This document shows positions 9,364 to 14,476 of a stretch of 14,476 bases of DNA, piece by piece. The stretch is from an uncultured Deinococcales bacterium (GTDB lineage Bacteria; Deinococcota; Deinococci; Deinococcales; JAAFIG01): contig CAXTKV010000047.1 of NCBI GenBank assembly GCA_964244895.1, positions 14,018-28,493 on the forward strand, given 5' to 3'. Below the pieces are notes generated by a model. That model saw only the letters and a program-made list of their open reading frames with translations, ran no database searches and was not told the DNA's origin. The position numbers and the translations under genes are program-made. Position 1 is the stretch's first letter, and every line of letters starts with the position of its first letter.

Positions 9364-9711
9364 ATGAGCGAAATTGACGATTCCTTTGACCTGTACGACC
9401 TGCGCGTGGAATGGACGCCCGGTGACAAACCCTGCTACTGCAGCGGCAAACCCGGCGATCACTTCGAGCTTCACGGCGAGCAACTACAATTCCCGCCCGG
9501 TCAGACCTGGAGCATCTACACGCTGGCGGCGCTGTTGCCGATCCTGCCCGCCAAGCAGCGACCAACGCACCCGAACGACTGGATCACCACGGACGCGCTG
9601 ATCGCCTGCCCGGACCCGAACTGCGGATCGCGGTTCAGGATCACGCGTTCCGGGACGCGCAGCTTCAAGCACAGCGAAGTCACCGCCGTACCGCTCGAGG
9701 GCAACTCGTGA
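9364..9711 (+). CDS. TIGR04076-like small Cys-motif protein
   Basis: FDLYDLRVE, CYC, LAALLPILPAKQR and ACPDPNCG. GGGGG RBS 7 nt before ATG 9364 (alternative ATG 9358). Stop overlaps the AKR start (GTGA). Family recognised from memory. Confidence 0.8.
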   Translation: MSEIDDSFDLYDLRVEWTPGDKPCYCSGKPGDHFELHGEQLQFPPGQTWSIYTLAALLPILPAKQRPTHPNDWITTDALIACPDPNCGSRFRITRSGTRSFKHSEVTAVPLEGNS

Positions 9712-10748
9712 GCCTCGAGCGCCAGGAAATCGCGCCCGGTTACTCGATCTCGAGGGTCATCAAGGGCGGCTGGCATCTGGCGGGCGGACACGGACAGATC
9801 GACCGCACCCGCGCGATTGACGACATGGCGAGCTTCGTGGAAGCCGGCATCACGACCTTCGATTGCGCCGATATCTACACGGGCGTCGAGGAATTGATCG
9901 GCGACTTCCGCCGCGCGTACCCCGAACTCGCAAAACGCATTCAAGTTCACACCAAGTTCGTGCCGGACTACGACAAACTCCAAGACCTCGAGCCCGCGTC
10001 CATCGAATCCATCATCGACCGCTCGAGAACCCGGCTCGGTGTAGACGCCCTCGATCTGGTGCAGTTCCACTGGTGGGATACCAACGTCAAAAAGTACGTT
10101 CAGGCCGCGCTCGAGCTGAAGCGCCTTCGGGACGCGGGCAAGATTCGGCACATCGGGTTGACGAACTTCAATACGGCTTGCACCAAAGAAATTCTCGAGG
10201 CTGGCGTGCCCGTCGTCTCCACACAAGTTCAATACAGCGTTCTCGATCAGCGTCCGACCCGAGAACTCGCGGATGACTGCGTTCAGAACGGTGTGGCGCT
10301 GCTGTGCTACGGCTCGCTGGCGGGCGGATTGCTCTCGGACGAATGGCTGGGCAAACCGAAACCGACGGAACCGTTCGAGAACCGATCCCACACGAAATAC
10401 GAGCTGATCATCGAAGATTTCGGCGGTTGGGAACTGTTCCAGGAATTGCTCGGGACGCTTCAAGGCATTGCTGATCAGCACGGCTCGAGCATCGGACAGA
10501 TCGCCTCGAGCTGGACGCTGCACCAACCCGGCGTGGCCGCCGCCATCGTCGGCGCGACCTCCACGCGCCACCTGACGCAGAACCTTCGCATTCCAGCCAT
10601 CCAGCTTTCACCCGATGACCTGGCCGCGATCCGGCGCGTCACGATTCGGCGCTCCGGCCCGAAGGGTGACGTCTACGACCTCGAGCGCGACAAGGACGGA
10701 CGGCACGGACGCATCATGAAGTACAACCTGAACGAGGATCGCACGTAG
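9708..10748 (+). CDS. Aldo/keto reductase
   Basis: Catalytic tetrad context FDCADIY, HTKF and VQFHW; also IGLTNF, QVQYS, YGSLAGGLL and AIVGATS. Confidence 0.94.
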   Translation: MSLERQEIAPGYSISRVIKGGWHLAGGHGQIDRTRAIDDMASFVEAGITTFDCADIYTGVEELIGDFRRAYPELAKRIQVHTKFVPDYDKLQDLEPASIESIIDRSRTRLGVDALDLVQFHWWDTNVKKYVQAALELKRLRDAGKIRHIGLTNFNTACTKEILEAGVPVVSTQVQYSVLDQRPTRELADDCVQNGVALLCYGSLAGGLLSDEWLGKPKPTEPFENRSHTKYELIIEDFGGWELFQELLGTLQGIADQHGSSIGQIASSWTLHQPGVAAAIVGATSTRHLTQNLRIPAIQLSPDDLAAIRRVTIRRSGPKGDVYDLERDKDGRHGRIMKYNLNEDRT

Positions 10749-10801
10749 AACACCGTCCTGGACAGCATTCTCGAGAGTACGTCCTGGACGGTGCTCTCGA
10801 G
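10747..10801. repeat. Palindromic element copy 7 (dimeric), overlapping the AKR stop codon
   Basis: agaacaccgtcc-t-ggacagcattCTCGAGagtacgtcc-t-ggacggtgctCTCGAG. Confidence 0.92.
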
Positions 10802-10880
10802 AACGACCCCTCCGTCTCGAGCAGCACGAACACCAGAGGCATGCCGCTCGAGCCATCTCTCTCAACCAAGCAGGGGGACG

Positions 10881-10927
10881 AAAAACGAATCAGGCACGAG
10901 AGGACGTGACCCCTCGAGCCTGAGTCG
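10881..10927 (-). terminator. Probable intrinsic terminator of the binding-protein gene
   Basis: Imperfect stem cgaatcaggcacgagag / ccctcgagcctgagtcg followed by TTTTT on the minus strand (aaaaa 10881-10885), starting 8 nt after the stop. Confidence 0.6.
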
Positions 10928-10935
10928 TGCTGCAT

Positions 10936-12114
10936 TTACTTCGGTGAGGGCGCGTTCACGGTGATCGTGTTGAAGACCTTGTTGTCGTTGTACTCCGGTT
11001 GCGCCGCGATGATGAAATACTTGGCCACGGGCAGATCGCCGCGCTCGTTGAAGGCGATCTTGCCGGTCAAGCCGGTGAAGTTCACGCTGCGCACAGCCTT
11101 CGCCACGGCCTCGCGCGTGGGCTTCGCGCCCTTGCCCGCGCGGATGGCGTCAGCGATGCCCTGAAGGATGGCTCGGGCGGCGTCGTAGGCGTAGGCGCTG
11201 TAACCTTCGGGGTCTTTGCCGAATTTGGCCTTGTAGCGTTCCGCGAAGCGCTTGGCGCTCGGCAACGCGCTCAGCGGCGCACCCATCGTAGCGAAGTACA
11301 CGCTTTTCATCATGTCCGGCCCGGCGATCTTCTGCAAATCGCTGCCGTCGTACCCGTCGCCGCCCAATAAGGGGGCCGTCACGCCCTTCTGGCGCATCTG
11401 CTTCAACAAGACCGCCGCCTGATCGTAGATCGCGCCGAAGAACACGGCGTCGGGCTTGTCCACCACGGCGCGGTTGAGCACGGAACTGAAATCGGTTTCG
11501 GTGCTGGCGATGCCACCCTCGTACACAATCTCGACGCCCAGGGTTTTGAGCGTCCTCGAGACTTCCGCCGCGATGCCATCGCCGTAAGCGGTCTTGTCGG
11601 ACAGCACGTACATGCGTTTGGCCTTGAGGGTCTTGGCGGCGAACTCCGCGATGGCTGGCCCGGCCACATCATCTCGACCGCAGACGCGGTTGACGTTCGG
11701 CAAGCCGCGATCCGTGACTTTCGTACCCGTGTTCGTCGGCGAGATCATCACCAGCCCGACCTTGGCATAAACCTCGCTGGCGGGGACGCTGACGCCGGAA
11801 TTGAAGTGACCCATCACGCCCAGCACGTCCGGATCGTTGATCACACGGTTCGCGTTGGCCGTACCCACGTCCGGTTTGGCCTGATCGTCGTAGGGTTCAA
11901 ACGCCAGCTTGAAACCCCAGCTCGTGACCAGCTTGCCAAAATCGTCCAACGCCAGTTGCGCACCGTTCCTGACGGCCTCGCCCAGCACCGATTGCCCGCC
12001 GGAAAGCGGCGATTGCGACACGACCTTGATCGTGCCCTTGCCCTGCGCCGAAGCGATCATCAAACCGCCCACCAGCACGCCCGCACCGATTGCCGCCACC
12101 GCTTTCAGCTTCAT
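10936..12114 (-). CDS. Branched-chain amino acid ABC transporter substrate-binding protein (LivJ/LivK family)
   Basis: Signal peptide MKLKAVAAIGAGVLVGGLMIASAQ; SQSPLSG, YDDQAKPD, GHFNSGV, DKTAYGDG and AYAYDAA. Strong GGAGGAGG RBS before ATG 12114. Confidence 0.94.
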   Translation of the reverse strand: MKLKAVAAIGAGVLVGGLMIASAQGKGTIKVVSQSPLSGGQSVLGEAVRNGAQLALDDFGKLVTSWGFKLAFEPYDDQAKPDVGTANANRVINDPDVLGVMGHFNSGVSVPASEVYAKVGLVMISPTNTGTKVTDRGLPNVNRVCGRDDVAGPAIAEFAAKTLKAKRMYVLSDKTAYGDGIAAEVSRTLKTLGVEIVYEGGIASTETDFSSVLNRAVVDKPDAVFFGAIYDQAAVLLKQMRQKGVTAPLLGGDGYDGSDLQKIAGPDMMKSVYFATMGAPLSALPSAKRFAERYKAKFGKDPEGYSAYAYDAARAILQGIADAIRAGKGAKPTREAVAKAVRSVNFTGLTGKIAFNERGDLPVAKYFIIAAQPEYNDNKVFNTITVNAPSPK

Positions 12115-12350
12115 ACGACCCCTCCTCCACCCTCGAGATTGGCCCAAAACCCTGCTCGAGCGTGGCGCGATTCTAAGCGCTAGGAGGGTCAACATGGATT
12201 TCTCGAGAGCGCCACAGCCGTACCCGTCAAAAAGTGCGGTTTTTTGCGGGCACGCCCCGATGCGGTGCTACCGTCCGGCCAGGCCTTCGGCCTGCGAACC
12301 TTGAAAACTCGCCCGCCAGGATCTGTTCCACTTCTTTTTTGGAGATTTTT

Positions 12351-12560
12351 ATGCAAGTAACAATCAAACGCGCCAGCTTTTTATTACTCGGTATGGTGTT
12401 GGGAACAGCTACATATTTTGGTGGCTGGATGATTTATTTTTACTTCAATCCGCCGAAAGAGTGCTTCACGCCCGTGTACTCATCCGATCCACTGATGAAG
12501 GCATATCAATTTGGTACGGATCGTAACGCGAGTGATCAGACGATCTGCGCTGAGGACTGA
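12351..12560 (+). CDS. Small hypothetical single-pass membrane protein (69 aa)
   Basis: GGAG at 12341-12344 precedes the ATG. Basic N-terminus, then hydrophobic FLLLGMVLGTATYFGGWMIYFYF, then a short tail with two Cys. AT-rich, with a downstream hairpin. Confidence 0.55.
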   Translation: MQVTIKRASFLLLGMVLGTATYFGGWMIYFYFNPPKECFTPVYSSDPLMKAYQFGTDRNASDQTICAED

Positions 12561-12607
12561 GCGGGCGACAAGGTGGGTTCTGGTCAGGATTTCCCTGGCT
12601 GAACCGC

Positions 12608-12651
12608 AGCGCTGGAAGTGTCGGCATTCGCCCACATTTCCAGCGCTCTTT
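12608..12651. terminator. Long hairpin between the convergent small ORF and cobW; probable terminator
   Basis: agcgctggaa (12608-12617) / ttccagcgct (12638-12647) pair perfectly and extend inward with one G-U and one mismatch to the loop attc; followed by cttt. Confidence 0.6.
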
Positions 12652-12669
12652 GATGCAACCTCGATAAAA

Positions 12670-12718
12670 AGAACACTGTCCCACACGATGTTCTCGAGAA
12701 TACGTGCAGGACGGTATT
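12670..12718. repeat. Palindromic element copy 8 (degenerate dimer), overlapping the cobW stop
   Basis: agaacactgtcccacacgatgttCTCGAGaatacgtgcaggacggtatt. Confidence 0.8.
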
Positions 12719-13679
12719 AGCGCACGATCTTTTTGACCACCTGCGATTTCCCGAGCTTCGCGAACGCATCGCGGTACTCGGTTTCGTCCAGGCCGCGCCC
12801 AATCACGACCAGGCTGGATCGCGCGCTCTGCTTCGGGTTGCCCTGGTGGGCGGAAAAAATCTCGCGCACGCTCTGGAACACGATCTCGTGGTGGACTTCA
12901 GGGAACATCAAAAAACCTTTGGCGCGGAAAACGCTGCCGGGCCTGGAAAGAATTTTTTCCTCGAGAAACGTGTTCCAGGCGAACACGTCCAGGGGTTCGT
13001 CGTTGACGAGGCTGAAGCTGACCATGCCGGGCGTGTGTTCGTGGTGGTGGCCTTTGGGCTTCCAATCCGGCGAGAACGCGTCCTGCGCGATGATTTCTTT
13101 GGCGTCCACGTTCGCGTTCTGGGTTTCGGTCACGTCGGACATCGGGTTCAGCCCGCGCAGCAGACCCCTGGCTTGCTCGAGATCATCAGGTGTGGCCAGA
13201 TCGGTTTTGTTCAGCACGATGGCGCTCGCGTACGCGAGTTGCACCGCGCCTTCCGGACCTTCGGTCAGGGTTTTTTGCAGGTTGCGCGCGTCCGCCACGC
13301 CGATGATGCCGTCCAGGTCGAACAAGCCGCGCAACTGTGGGTCGAGCACCGTCTGCGCGACCGGAACCGGGTCGGCCAACCCGGAGAGTTCGATCAGAAG
13401 GTGTTCCGGCGGGTTTTTTCGCAAAGCGAGCTTGAGCATCGCTTCGGCCAGATCGTCGCGGCCCGCGCAGCAGATGCAGCCGCCCGCGAATTCCGCCACG
13501 CCGTCATCGTCGAGGTTTTCGATCAGCGCGCCGTCGATGCTGGTCTCGCCGAATTCGTTGACGATCACGCCGAAGCGTTTGCCACCGTCCTTGATGATGT
13601 GGTTGACCAGCGTGGTCTTGCCCGCGCCCAGGAAACCGCCGACGATGGTCACGGGAATGCGCTGTTTGAACTGGAACAT
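12717..13679 (-). CDS. CobW/COG0523 family metallochaperone GTPase
   Basis: Walker A GFLGAGKTT, VNEFGE, metal motif GCICC, IELSGLADP, LNKTD, short His stretch GHHHEH and CobW_C FRAKG. Confidence 0.94.
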   Translation of the reverse strand: MFQFKQRIPVTIVGGFLGAGKTTLVNHIIKDGGKRFGVIVNEFGETSIDGALIENLDDDGVAEFAGGCICCAGRDDLAEAMLKLALRKNPPEHLLIELSGLADPVPVAQTVLDPQLRGLFDLDGIIGVADARNLQKTLTEGPEGAVQLAYASAIVLNKTDLATPDDLEQARGLLRGLNPMSDVTETQNANVDAKEIIAQDAFSPDWKPKGHHHEHTPGMVSFSLVNDEPLDVFAWNTFLEEKILSRPGSVFRAKGFLMFPEVHHEIVFQSVREIFSAHQGNPKQSARSSLVVIGRGLDETEYRDAFAKLGKSQVVKKIVR

Positions 13680-13685
13680 GAAAAG

Positions 13686-13694
13686 ACTCTATCA
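13686..13694 (-). promoter_or_regulatory. Extended -10 promoter for probable leaderless cobW mRNA
   Basis: Minus strand reads TGA-TAGAGT-cttttc-ATG: a TGn-TANNNT element 6 nt before the start codon, with no SD sequence. Confidence 0.6.
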
Positions 13695-13790
13695 GCGCGA
13701 GGCGCGCCGAACCGTCATCCTCGAGACGAGGACAAAGATCGCGCCTCGAACGTGATGCTCGAGCGACCCCTCCGGCATCGGACAAAAGCA

Positions 13791-13821
13791 AGAACACCGT
13801 CCAGGACGGTGTTCTCTCGAG
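13791..13821. repeat. Palindromic element copy 9 (perfect monomer)
   Basis: agaacaccgtcc-a-ggacggtgttct is a perfect 25-bp palindrome (13791-13815), followed by ctcgag (13816-13821). Confidence 0.95.
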
Positions 13822-13846
13822 ATCAACATATGCGTGCTACGCGGTG

Positions 13847-14476
13847 TTACTTCAATCCGGCCTTACGGCGAATCTCGGTGATGCTCCAGCCGGTCAGGTT
13901 GGCCAGGGTTTGCGCCTGACGCTCGAGGCGCTTGGGCAGGTCAGCCTGGTACGTTTTGGCCTCGTCGCACTTGGCCTCACCCTGCCAGGCGTGGCGAAGG
14001 ATGTAGCGACCCTGGAAGTTCTGGTTGCTGGGCGTCTCGCGGAACATCAGGTCTTCCTTGAACCGCAACTTGCTGTAGCGCACGTGCAATCGCGTCAGGA
14101 AGACCCCGCCGCTCTGCCCGACCCAGCCCGCACCCGCGCGTTGCAATTCGTCCGGTGTGGGCGGCGCGCTGGCGCACGGGTCGCACCAGGACGTGTCCCA
14201 GGCGTATTCCATGAAGACGCTGCGGCGGTTCTCGCGCTTGAAGGCAGTATCGAACATGGATTTGTAAAAGCGGCTGAATTCGTCCTTCACGAACAGCGGG
14301 ACTTCAGCGTCCGATGGCACGGGCACGGTCGAGTAATTGACCGTCTCGACCCGGCCCTTGCGCGTCAGGGCGTACACGATCAGATCCTGATCGCCGACCG
14401 CGTTGACCATGCCCAACCGCAACGGCAGCATGAAACCGGGGCTCTCGAAGCTCATCTGACGCGGGCGCAAGGGGGT
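13847..14476 (-). CDS. DUF2330-like protein, C-terminal part (gene begins beyond the window)
   Basis: Open frame to the window edge; FMLPLRLGMVNA, EYAWDTSWCDPCA, FLTRLHVRY and NFQGRYILRH. Family recognised from memory. Confidence 0.8.
   Translation of the reverse strand, partial: TPLRPRQMSFESPGFMLPLRLGMVNAVGDQDLIVYALTRKGRVETVNYSTVPVPSDAEVPLFVKDEFSRFYKSMFDTAFKRENRRSVFMEYAWDTSWCDPCASAPPTPDELQRAGAGWVGQSGGVFLTRLHVRYSKLRFKEDLMFRETPSNQNFQGRYILRHAWQGEAKCDEAKTYQADLPKRLERQAQTLANLTGWSITEIRRKAGLK

Noticed and set aside
9516..10571. 351-aa minus-strand ORF
   Set aside because: Antisense shadow of the AKR and TIGR04076-like genes.
10821..10933. 9-bp inverted repeat gcagcacga / tcgtgctgc as MITE ends
   Set aside because: Short, single occurrence, no target duplication, and it overlaps the likely terminator; could be chance.
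12115..12195. Extended livJ start, and TTGACC...TAGAAT as a -35/-10 pair
   Set aside because: ATG 12114 has the strong RBS and signal peptide. The two hexamers are only 11 nt apart, although TAGAAT alone may be a -10.
12234..12350. 108-aa version of the small ORF
   Set aside because: The upstream part lacks an RBS and differs in composition; ATG 12351 is better supported.
13680..13790. Zur box or cobalamin riboswitch upstream of cobW
   Set aside because: No AT-rich Zur-like palindrome or B12-box is visible, and the leaderless layout leaves no 5' UTR.
41..13821. Palindromic ~25-37 bp repeats as a CRISPR array
   Set aside because: Copies are dispersed in separate gene gaps and degenerate, with no regular repeat-spacer period and no cas genes.

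Overview
GC-rich bacterial chromosomal segment, most consistent with Deinococcota (Deinococcus/Thermus-type LivJ protein, apparent leaderless cobW, extreme CTCGAG enrichment); the taxon is an inference. Bases 111-9169 (minus strand) hold a CoA-dependent anthranilate (2-aminobenzoate) catabolic cluster: flavin monooxygenase/reductase (AbmA-like), SDR, MarR regulator, enoyl-CoA hydratase, acyl-CoA dehydrogenase, aryl-CoA ligase and RidA, followed by tryptophan 2,3-dioxygenase. A TIGR04076-like Cys protein and an aldo/keto reductase are transcribed divergently. Then come an orphan branched-chain amino acid binding protein, a small AT-rich membrane ORF, a CobW/COG0523 GTPase and a partial DUF2330-like gene. 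The most unusual signals are not genes. CTCGAG occurs about 80 times by hand count versus about 5 expected. Nine copies of a palindromic element (ideal form CTCGAGAGAACACCGTCC-W-GGACGGTGTTCTCTCGAG) occupy nearly every gene gap. One copy appears translated in frame at the TDO N-terminus and two overlap stop codons.
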